A stretch of DNA of 61,395 nucleotides, the filler included, from Chiloscyllium plagiosum (Eukaryota), in the NCBI RefSeq assembly GCF_004010195.1. It is 3 parts of one record of this genome, joined end to end, with 100 filler letters (N's around TTAATTAATTAA, not from the genome) between each part and the next. Parts side by side here need not be neighbours in the genome. Positions count along the whole stretch, not along the records: positions 47,540 to 61,395 come from NC_057713.1; 2 more parts are not named here. One strand, 5' to 3'. Numbering within the stretch: the stretch's first letter is position 1; every line of letters starts with the position of its first letter. The notes below the pieces were generated by a model. The model made no database searches. It saw only the letters and a program-made list of their open reading frames with translations, and was not told the origin of the DNA. The position numbers were made by a program, and so were the translations under genes. Shown one piece after another: positions 49,601-60,059 of the stretch.

Positions 49601-49960
49601 CTGACCTGGTGTGGATGTCGTCGCGGTGTCTCAGCGGCTTCTGCGCGCGGCCTCGCGCTCTGCGTGTGAGCGCTGCGTGCGTGGAGCGCGCTCAGGGGCC
49701 GCGCCCTTGGCCGTGTGTCGGGGGCGCGCGGAGCCCGCAGCTGGTGGCGCGGCGCCGGCTGCAGGATCAGGAAGGAGCCGCGGCTTTAGCCCAGGCCGCT
49801 CGGGCCGAGGATGTGAGTGTAACCGTCAGCCGGGGCCTTAGGCCTGGGGGAGGCTGAGGCCTGGAGTCGGCGGCTGGCAGTGTCGAGGTGTCCCGGCCTT
49901 TGGCGAGGCGGGGTGGTTGGGGAGGTCGGAGCGGTGGCTCTGTGGCCGGGGGTAGTCTGC
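49600..49960. promoter_or_regulatory. CpG island / FASTK promoter, possibly bidirectional
   Basis: The only CpG-dense non-repeat segment in the window, rich in GCGC motifs. It has outward-facing splice donors on + (GAT|GTGAGT, 49812/49813) and on - (CAG|GTCAGA, 49606/49605). Confidence 0.8.
49720..49812 (+). other. FASTK: Probable FASTK exon 1 (5' leader; start approximate)
   Basis: Lies inside the CpG island, ends at a consensus GTGAGT donor, and the next strong acceptor precedes the FASTK coding exon. Confidence 0.6.
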
Positions 49961-50612
49961 AGGTTATAATGGATATAAAACCTGAACATTATTCATGTCC
50001 CCAACAGTACCCCCAAGTCCCTCCGCTTTCATATAATCCAAGTCATTGGTAGTACAGCAAAATATTTTTATTTAAAATTCCTCTTTGAACCTTCTTCGCT
50101 ATTAGTGTAATCTGGATGGATTTTTATTTTAAACATGAAATAGTCTGAGGGTCTTCTGCCCCCTCTCATTGAGATTTGTTCCCCTGTCTGCCCTCTCTAA
50201 CTTTCTCCAACATCACCCTCCTCCTGTTCCTATTTGGTTCCTCCAGCTCTGACTGCCCATTCACACAGACCAAGGTCAGTCTGAATCTGACCTGAACTCC
50301 ACATTCCTCTCTGTCTCCTATACTCCTTCCATTGTCGGCCAGAATCAGCCTGGTTTTAAACATGAGATTGTCTCAATCCCTTGCTTTGTGGTCGAGAATA
50401 CTGGAGGTTCTGAAAGAAACACTGCTTTAAATGTCCAACCCTTTATTGTTAAATGGTCCACTAGCTTGAATCTCTCCCAGAAGGGGATTCTACAAGTCAG
50501 TATTCATCTTCTCAATGCTCTTACTCGTTGTTTAACTTCCAGGAATGGGGCCCTTGTGGTGCCCCAACATCTGGGCCAGAGAGACCAGGGTTCAAGTCTC
50601 ACCTGTTCCAGG

Positions 50613-50731
50613 TTAAAAATCACACAGCATCAGGTTATAGTCCAGCAGGTGCTTCCAATTAAACCTGTTGGACTATAACCTGGCGTTGTGTGATTTTTAA
50701 CTTTGTACACCCCAATCCAACACCGGCATCT
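50613..50731. mobile_element. Second-family PLE-derived fold-back insert with the hammerhead core deleted, in FASTK intron 1
   Basis: Same arms as 20849-21010. The 11-bp TSD CCTGTTCCAGG lies at 50602-50612 and 50732-50742. Confidence 0.85.
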
Positions 50732-51404
50732 CCTGTTCCAGGGGTGTGTAAATACAGTTTCAACCTCCACGACTCCAGAGTGTGGCCTCGAGCCTCTCTG
50801 TGCTGTAGAGACCTACAGCACAGAGGTAGGCCCTTTGCCCCAAACTGGTTCATGCTGACCAAAATGCCCCTATATGCAAAACCCATTTCCCTGCACTTGG
50901 TCCATATCCATATCCTTCTAGTCCTTTCCTATCCATGTATTTGTCCAAGTGCCTTTTAAATGTTGTTAATGTATCCAACTCAACCACTTCCTCTGGTAGC
51001 TCATTCCATATGTATACCACCCACTGTGTAAAAACAAAGTGCCCCTCAGGTTCCATTTTATTTTTTCCCTTAAACTGCTGCTTTTGAAGCGCCATCCTTC
51101 TCACTTTGGATTCTCAAGCATCTGTAGTCCTCACTTTCTCCTAGTTGCCTTAACCTGATACCCTCTAGTCCTTGATTTCCCAACCATGGGAAAAAGACTG
51201 AGTGTGTTCACCTATGCCTGTATGTCAGCTCACCTTTTGCTGGACATCCAATTATCTGTTGTGTGATGTTGGATAAATTTAATTTCATTTAGGTTGACTT
51301 TATGATTTCAAACGTTATACTTTGCTGTTCTGAGTGGTCTGTGCTGCTTTGTTCTTCAGGTTTCTGCTGTTCTCCATACTCCCTCGAGGTGAGCAATACC
51401 TAAG

Positions 51405-52023
51405 ATGCAAAGGTTGCCTCTGTGTTGCTTCAGTTCTCTGCTGCCTAGGGGTGAGAGTGTTCTGCTGTTAGACGGACTGACTTGTCTCAGCCTGGGCTGC
51501 ATTCTCCGTTTCCTCCGCCTGGCCTGCCGCCCAGCTGCTGCTTGCCTGCCGAGGAGCCCGGCTGCCATGTACGCAGCTCGCTACCACACTTGCAAGCCGC
51601 ACATCTGGGCAGCCTATCCAGAGCATTTCCCACATCTCTACCAGGGGAGACGGAATGGACACAAACCTCATTACCATCACCATCCCACCAAGAAGAAAAC
51701 CTGGAACTTCATCCATGAGAAGATGAGCTATGACACTTTCTTCACCATGAAGCGGCTGATTGACCGCTCACGGACTGTGGGAGAGGTGTTGCGCTGGGTG
51801 ACACAGAACCCTGGTAAGATCTCCTACAATCATTACCCCATTGCCCTGCAAAAAATTGGTCAGGTCCTGCAGCAGCTGCCAGCAGGATCCACCATGGCAG
51901 CGTATTATAGCCAGATGTTGGAGCTGGAAGATTTTCAAACGCTCTGCCAATCCATCGTGAGTGATTGCTCCAAATTTGACAACTTCAGCATCGTGAATTG
52001 TCTGTACGCTGTCGCTGCTCTGG
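51405..52023 (+). CDS. FASTK: FASTK (Fas-activated serine/threonine kinase) first coding exon (exon 51360-52023); the gene continues beyond the window
   Basis: MKRLIDRSRTVGEVLRWVTQNPGKISYNHYPIALQKIGQVL..QTLCQSIVSDCSKFDNFSIVNCLYAVAALG aligns, from recall, with human FASTK LQRLLEQAKSPGELLRWLGQNPSKVRAHHYSVALRRLGQLL..QDLSQLIIRNCPSFDIHTIHVCLHLAVLLG. Acceptor TTTGTTCTTCAG|G at 51359/51360, phase-1 donor TGG|GTAAGG at 52023/52024. The true start codon is uncertain. Confidence 0.9.
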
Positions 52024-52820
52024 GTAAGGAAAATTCTCAATTCTATATATTCCAGCCAACGTTTTTAAAGTTGCGTTGTCAAATAGGGAAGTGTTCTGCA
52101 TAAAGCAGTCTTTTATATCTAAATATATTGTCCATGATATGCAGCCATGAAGAGGACATGTGTGGCACTATATTGGATGGGGGTACCATGAACACAGACT
52201 ATTTCCTCTATTTGAGGTTATCAATTTACAATGCTCACCAAGCGAGGAGGAAGTTCAGAGGAATTCCTTTGAATAGTTCCAAAGATGCGAAATTTGTCTT
52301 AAGAGGAGAGACTGAGTATTTTGGGCCTGTACTTGCTCGAGTTTAGAACGATGAGGTGGGATGAGGTCTAACTGAGGTATAAAGATGCTAAAGGAAACTG
52401 ACAAAGTACACGTAGAGATGATGTACCCCTTGTGAGGCGATCTAGAGCAAGCGGTCATAACTTTAAGCTAAGGGGTAGCAGATTTAAAACAGATTCTTCC
52501 CTTAAGGGTCGTCAATCTCTGGAATTCACTGCCCCAGATTGTAGTGGACTACAGGACACTGAGTAAATTTAAGGAAGACGTAGACATATTTTTAATTAGA
52601 AATGGATAGCAGGCAAGAAAGTGGAGTTGAGGCCGAGATGAAATCAGCCATGACCATATTGAATGGTGGAGCAGACTTGATGGGCTGAATGGCCTACACT
52701 GGCTCCTAGTATAAGAAATAAGAGAAGGATTAAACTTGGTGGGGGTGTATGTGTGGTTGGGGGTGGTTAAACTAATGCAGCAGGGGGATGGGAATCTGAA
52801 TTGTAGTTCCCGTGTACAGG

Positions 52821-53546
52821 AGGTCCCGGCACCTTCCCTTGCAACCGCAGGAGGTGCAACACTTGCACCCACACCTCCCCCCTCACTTCTCTCCAAGGCC
52901 CCAAAGGAAACTTCCATATCCGCCACAGATTCACCTGCACCTCCACCCACATCATCTACTGCACCCGCTGCAGCCGGTGTGGCCCCCTCTATATTGGGGA
53001 GACAGGCCGCCTACTCGCGGAGCGATTCAGAGAGCACCTCTGGGCCACCCGGACGAACCAACCCAACCAACCTGTAGCACAGCATCTCAACTCCCCCTCC
53101 CACTCCACCGAGGATATGCAGGTCATTGGACTCATCCACCGCCAAACCACAACAACCCGACGGTCGGAGGAGGAGCGTCTTATCTTCCGACTGGGAACCC
53201 TCCAACCACAGGGGATGAACTTGGACCTCACCAGTTCCTTCACCCCCCCTCCCCCCACCTTGTCTCAGCCGAATCCCTCCAGCCCGGCACCGCCCTCCTG
53301 ACCTGCAGTCTTCTTCTTGACCTCTCCCCCTCCATCCTACTCCGACCTATCACCCTCACCTTGACCTCTTTCCACCTATCACATTTCCAACGCCCCTCCT
53401 CCAAGTCCCTCCTCCCTACCTTTTATCTTCTCCTGCTGAACACTCTCTGCTCATTCCTGAGGAAGGGCCTGTGCCCGAAACGTCGAATCTCCTGTTCCCT
53501 GGATGCTGCCTGACCTGCTGTGCTGTTCCAGCAATAAAGTTTCAAC
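52821..53546 (+). mobile_element. Penelope-like element 3' part: Zn-finger linker, GIY-YIG endonuclease and pseudo-LTR (Neptune-like)
   Basis: The frame 52825-53301 is open: PCNRRRCNTC..FTCTSTHIIYCTRCSRCGPLYIGETGRLLAERFREH..VAQHLN..EEERLIFRLGTLQPQGMN. A pLTR with a hammerhead core and AATAAA follows. Confidence 0.92.
53453..53488 (+). ncRNA. Minimal hammerhead ribozyme in the PLE pseudo-LTR
   Basis: ATTC-CTGAGGA-A-GGGC CTGT GCCC-GAAA-CGTC-GAAT: stem I ATTC/GAAT, both catalytic boxes, stem II and a GUC triplet. Confidence 0.8.
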
Positions 53547-56500
53547 AGGGATAGGTTACAGGCTCATGAGAGGGCACCAGCAATCAGGCTATTTGTTTGA
53601 AATGTGTGTACTTCAACGCCAGGAGCATCCGGAATAAGGTGGGTGAACTTGCAGCATGGGTTGGTACCTGGGATTTCAATGTTGTGGCCATTTCAGAGAC
53701 ATGGCTAGAGAAGGGACAGGAATGGTTGTTGCAGATTCCAGGATTTAGATATTTCAGCAAGAACAGAGAAGATGGTAAAAGGGTGGGGAGGGGAGTGGCA
53801 TTGTTAATTGGGGTAGTATTACAGCAGCTGAGACATTTGAGGGCTCATCCACTGAGGTAGTTTGGGCTGAGGTGAGAAACAGGAAAGGAGAGGTCACCTT
53901 GTTGGGAATTTTTTATAGGCCTCCAAATTGTTACAGGGATGTAGAGGAAAGGATAGCTAAGATCATTCTCGATAGGAGCAAGAGTAACAGGGTAGCTATT
54001 ATGGGAGACTTTAACTTCCCCAATATGGACTGGGAATACTATAGTTCAAGTTGTTTAGATGGGTTAGTTTTTGTTCAACGTGTGCAGGAGGGTTTTCTGA
54101 CACAGTATGTAGACAGCCAACAAGGGGTGATGCCATATTGGATTTGGTACTGAGGAATGAACCCGGCCAGGTGTTAGATTTGGAGGTAGATGAACACTAT
54201 GGCGATAGTGACCACAATTCAATTATGTTTACAATAGCAATGGGCAGGGATAGGTATATCCCGCAGGGAAAGAGGTATAACTGGGGGAAAGGCAATTATG
54301 ATGCAATTCGGCAAGATTTAACATTCATAGGCTGGGGAAGGAAACTGCAGAGGATGGACGCACTTGAAATGGGGAGCTTATTCAAGGAACAGCTACTGCG
54401 GGTCCTTGGTAAGTATCTACCTATCAGGCAGGGAGGTAATTATCGAGGGAGGGAGCCATGGTTTACTAAAGAAGTTGAAGCTCTTGTCAAGAGGAAGAAG
54501 AAGGCTCATGTGAGGGTGAGGGGTGAAGGCTCAGTTAGGGATCTTGAGAATTATAAGTTAGCCAGAAAAGATCTAAAGAGAGGGTGAAGAAGAGCCAGAA
54601 GGGGACAAGAGAAGTTGTAGGTGGATAGGATCAAGGAAAACCCTAAGACCTTCTATAGGTATATCAGGAATAAAAGAATGACTAAAGTAAGATTAGGGCT
54701 AATCAAGATAATAGTGGAAAGTTGTGTGTGGAATCTGAGGACATAGGGATGTGCTTAATGAATACTTTTTGTCAGGATTCGCAATGAAAAAGGGCAATGT
54801 TAGTGAGAACATGGAGATACAGGCTTCAAGATTAGATGGGATTGCAGTTGACAAAGAGGAGGTATTAGCAATTTTGGAAGATCTGAAAATAGATAAGACC
54901 CAGGGACCGGATGGGGTTTGTCCTCAGATTCTCTGGGAAGCCAGGGAGGAAATTGCAGAGCCTTTGGCTTTGATCTTTGTCATCATTGTCGACAGGAGTA
55001 GTGCCAGAAGACTGGAGGATAGCTAATGTTATTCCCTTGTTTAAGAAGAGGAGTAGAGACAACCCTGGTAATTATAGGCTTATTTCGGTTGTGGGTAAGG
55101 TGTTCGAAGCGTTCTAAGATAGAGGATTTATAATCATCTAGAAAGGAGTAACTTGATTAGAGATAGGCAGCACGGTTTTGTGAAGGGTAGGTTGTGCCTA
55201 ACTAACCTTATTGAGTTTTTCGAGAAGGTGACAAAACAGGTGGATGAAGGTGAAGTGGTTGATGTGTTGTAAATGGACTTCAGTATGGCATTAATAAGGT
55301 TCCACATGTAGGCTATTGCTCAAAATATGGAGTTTCGGGATTGAAGGTGATTTAGTGAATTGGATCAGAAATTGGCAAACTGAAAGAAGATAGAGGGTGG
55401 CGGTTGATGGAAAATGTTCATCCTAGAGTTCAGTTACCAGTGGTGTGGCGCAAGAATCAGTTTTGGGGCCACTGCTGTTTGTCATTTTTATAAATGACCT
55501 GGATGTGGGCATAGAAAGTTGGGTTAGTAAATTTGCGGATGACACTAAGGTAGGCAAAGTTGTGGATAGTGCCAAAGGATGTTGTGGGTTAAAGAGGGAC
55601 ATAGATAAGATGCAGAGCTGGACGGAGAAGTGGCAAATGGAGTTTAATTAGGAAAAATGTGAGGTTCACTTCGGAAGAAGTAACAGGAATGCAGAGTACT
55701 GGGCTAATGTTAAAATTCTTGGCAGTGTAGATGAACAGAGAGATCTCAGTGTCCAGGTGCATAAATCCCTGAACCTGCCACCCAGGTTGATAGGGTTGTT
55801 AAGAAGACATATTGTGTGTTGGCATTTATTGGTAGGAGGATTGAGTTTTGGAGCCACGAGGTCATGCTTCAACTGTACAAGGCATTGGTAAGGCCACACC
55901 TGGAGTGTTACATGCAGTTTTGGTCACCGCATTATAAGAAGGATGTGGAAGCTTTGGAAAGGGTTCAGAGGAGATTAACTTGGATGATACCAGGTATGGA
56001 AGGAAGCTCTTACGAGGAAAGGCTGAGGGAACTGAGGCTGTTTTCATTAGAGAGAAGAAGGTTGAGAGGTGACTTAATCGAGACGTATAAGATAATCAGG
56101 GTTTAGATAGGGTGGAATTAGAGCCTTTTTTCCTCAGCTGGTGAAGGCTAACAGGAGGGGACATAGCTTTAAATTGAGGGGTGATTGATTTAGGGCAGTT
56201 AGTACGTGTAGTTTCTTCACTCAGAGCCCAGTCGGGGTGTGGAACGGCCTGTCTGCAACAGTAGTAGACCTGCCGATGCTAAGGGCATTTAAATGGGCAT
56301 TGGACATACATTTGGATAATAATAGAACGGTGTAGGTTAGATGGGTATCAGATTAATTTCACAGATTGGCACAACATTGGGTATCAGATTAATTTCACAG
56401 GTTGGCACAACTACCGATTAGTTTCCCAACTACACTCACCCCACTTGAGTGCATTTGGCGCATATCCCTCTAACCCTTTTCTTTTCATGTACTTATCCAA

Positions 56501-56929
56501 ACGTCTTTTAAATGTTGGAACTGTATCTGCATCCACTATTTCCTGTGACAGTTCATTGCCATCCTCTGCATGAAAGCATTGCCCCTCAGGTCCCTTTTAA
56601 ATTTTTCTCCTCTCACCATAGTTTTGAACTCACCCACCCTATGGAAAAGAGCTTTGCTAGTCATAGAATCATTAAATTCCTACAGCGTGGAAACAGGCCC
56701 TTCGGCCCAGCAAGTCCACATCCACCCAGACCCATTCCCCTACCCTATTATTCTACATTTATCCCTGACCAATGCAACTAAACTGCACATCTCTGAACAC
56801 ACTGCTGTAGTAGTGCCCCTATCTCTGAGCCAGAGGTTCAGGTTCAAGTCCGATCTACTTCAGAAGTGTATAATAACATCACGGAACAGGAAGATTAGAA
56901 AATATCTACTATATCTGACCTCATTACAG

Positions 56930-58121
56930 CTTTGTTCCAAACATGGACAAATGAGCTAAATTCGAGAGGTGAGGTGAGAGTGACTGCTGTTGACATCAAG
57001 TGTGGCATCAACGAGTCTAAGTAAAACTTGTGTCAGTGGGTATTAGGGCAAAACTCTCTGCTGGTTCAAATCATAATATGTTACAAATGAAGGTGATTGA
57101 TGAATTTGGAGGTCAGTCATCCCAGCTTGAGGACATCTCTAATCTATGCAGGAGTTCCTCCGGGTAGTGACCTCGGCCCAGTCATGTTTAGCTGTTTCAT
57201 CAATGGCCTTCCCTCCATCATAAGGTCAGAAATTGAGATGTTTAATGATGACTGCACAATGTTCAGCACCATTCACAACTCCTCAGATACTGAAACAGTT
57301 CATTTCTAAATGAAGTAATTTGGGCAATTTCCAGTCTTGAGCTGACAATTACCAAGGAATACTGATACCAGGCAACTCCAAAGTCATGACCATCTCCAGC
57401 AAGAGAAAATGTAACTATTGCCCCTAGAAATACAACTGTATAACTATGGTTAAATTCCTCACAATTACCACCCTGGGGTTAAGATTGACCAGAAACTGAA
57501 CTGAACTAGCCATGTAAACACAGTAGCTATAATAGTAGGTCAGAGGCTAGGAATCGTGCAGTAGGTACCTCACCTCCTGACTCCTCAAAGCCTGTCCATC
57601 ATAGAGAAGGCACAAGTCAGGAATGTGATGGAATACTCCCTACTTGCCTGGATAAGTGCAGCTCCAACAACAGTCAAGAAGCTTGACACCAACTACAACA
57701 AAGCAACCCACTGGCACATCTACAAACATTCACTTCCTGCACCATCAATCAGTAGCAACGGTGCACTATGTACAAGATGTATTGTAGAAATTCACCCCGA
57801 CTCCTCAGACAGCACCTTCCAAACCCACAACCACTTCCATCTAGAAGGACAAGGGCAACAGATACATGGAAACACCACCTTCTGCAAGTTCTTCTCCAAG
57901 TCACTAATTATCCTGTCGAGAAAATATATCAGCAATCCCTCAGTGTTGCTGGATCAAAGTCCTGGAACTCCCTCCTGAAGGGCATTGTGAATCTACTTAC
58001 TACAAATGAACTGCAGTAGATGAAAAAGGCAGCTTACCACCACATTCTCAAGGGCAACTTAGGAATAGATAATAAATGCTGGTCCAGCCAGTGACACCCA
58101 TATCCCATGAGTGACTAAAAA
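56930..58121 (+). mobile_element. Older CR1-like LINE RT and 3' end
   Basis: AGVPPGSDLGPVMFSCFINGLPSIIRSEIEMFNDDCT and MEYSLLAWISAAPTT, with the tail AATAAATGCTGGTCCAGCCAGTGACACCCATATCCCATGA. Confidence 0.85.
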
Positions 58122-58344
58122 GAATATACTGATTTGCCTTAAAAGCTATGTCTTTCAGACCCCAAGATTACAGGCATTGAAGTGCTAGAGATTTGTCAAA
58201 TCTCAGTCCCTTAATTTTCTCCAGGAATTCTTGCTGCGCTGATATTAATTTCTTAGGTTTCGGCTTTGCACTTCACTTAGTCCCTTGGTTGCCCTCTGTT
58301 GCTGTCTTTGACAGTAATGAGGCAAAATATTTGTTAAATATCTG

Positions 58345-59060
58345 TTGATTCTTTCAGTTATGCTGGTAAGACCACAACTGGGACTCTGTGTACAATATTG
58401 GTCACTTTATTTGTGGAAGGATGTAACTGTGTTGGAGGCAGCTCAGAGAAGGTTAAACAGAGTAATAGCTGGAATGGAGCCATTGTCTTCTGAGGAAAGA
58501 ATGGACTGGCTAGGCTTGTGTCTGCTGGAATTTAGAAGACTGAGAGGCAAGTTGATTGAAACATATAGAATCCTGAAGGGTCTTGACAGGGTGAATCTGG
58601 ACACGATGGGACAATCTATAACTAGGGGCTATTGTTTAAAAATTCGGGGTCACCCTTTTAAAATAGAGATCAGAAGAATGCTTTTTTTCAGAGGGTTGAG
58701 AGTCTTTGGAACCCTTTTCCTGAATGGAGGTGGAAAAAGAGATTTTGAATTTTTTTAAAGCTAAAGTTGGGGAGAGGGGGATGGATAGATATTAGTTATG
58801 CAAGAGGATCATAGGAATCCACAGCACAGAAAAAGGCTCTTTGGTGTATGGTGTCTGTGCCAGTCAAAAAAACCACCTAACTACTCTAATCTCATTTTCC
58901 AGTACTTTCCCCATAGTTTTGTATGCCTTGGCATTGCAATTGCACATCTAAATATCAAGGGTAGAAAGGCATGTGGATGTGAGCTTACAGACAGAACAGC
59001 CATTGAGTGGCAGGGCACACTCGAGGGACTGAATGGGCCATTGCTTTCCTGAACAAGAAA
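58345..59060 (+). mobile_element. CR1 LINE 3' fragment
   Basis: LVRPQLGLCVQYWS..LEAAQRR..LEFRRLRGKLIETYRIL. Confidence 0.85.
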
Positions 59061-60059
59061 CATGTCCCTATTCTCCATGACTGCTACTTTAACCCAGAAA
59101 TTATTCCCACCAAATAAAAACCAAAAGAACTGCAGATACTGGAAATTAGGGTCACTCGACCTGAAACATTAATTCTGATTTCTCTCCACAGATGCTGCCA
59201 GACTTGCTGAGCTTTTTCAGCAATTTCTGTCTTTGTTAATTATTCCTGAACTTCAGATATTCTTGATCTCCACCATGCCAATTCTACATCCTGACTTTAT
59301 CAGCCAAGATAACATCTTACTAATGTCCTTATATTATCCTTTCCTATTATGGCTACCCCACTTCTTACATTCATGTCAGTCTTTACAAAATGTATATTTT
59401 TTCCCATGCTTGATCACTTTATAATAATTTCTTTATATGGCAATTAGATCAAAATCATTTACCTGTATTTAGAATCATAGAAATTTATAGTACAGAAGGA
59501 GACCACTAGACGCATCATGTCTGTACTGGCTCCTGAAAGAGCTACCCAGCTAGACCTATTCTCCAGCCCTATCTCTGTAGCCTTCTGACTTCATCCCTTT
59601 CAAATATATATCTACCTCTCTTTTGAAGCCTCCTTTGGAATCTGTCTGCATCACTCTCCCAGGCAGTGCATCCCAATTCCTAACAACTCTCTGATTAAAG
59701 AAGTTTCTCTTCATCCTACTCCTAACTGTCTTGCTGACAGTCTTGAAATTGCGACTCCCTAGTTACTGACATACTAAGTAGTGAAAACAGAATTTACTTC
59801 TTTACACTGTCAAAATTGTTCATAATATTGAACACCTCGATAAGGTCACCTCTTAATCTTCTCTGCTCCAAGGACAATAAGCCCAATTCTCTAATCTTTC
59901 CTTGTATCTAAAATCCTTCATTCCTGATATTATCATTCTAGTGAATCTCTTTTAAACTCTCTCTTTAAACTTTAATGTCCTTCCTTAAATATGATACCCA
60001 ATTGTGCCACTTGTTCAGCTACCTTATTGTGAAAGTATGTAAGTTGAAGAACCTTTAGT

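Larger units (their letters stand above)
52727..56412 (+). mobile_element. Near-complete CR1 ORF2 copy (endonuclease, RT, 3'UTR) in FASTK intron 2, degenerate
   Basis: CVYFNARSIRNK..VAISETWL, FYRPPN..MGDFNFP, DSDHNSI, LGPLLFVIFINDLD..KFADDTK, LVRPHLECYMQFWSPHY. It is interrupted by the PLE at 52821-53546. Confidence 0.93.

Noticed and set aside
52024..52103. FASTK ORF continuing to the stop at 52103
   Set aside because: Similarity ends at a consensus GTAAGG donor, so the remainder is intron read-through.
52812..53513. 233-aa Pro/His-rich ORF
   Set aside because: It is a shadow frame of the Penelope GIY-YIG coding region; the meaningful frame is 52825-53301.
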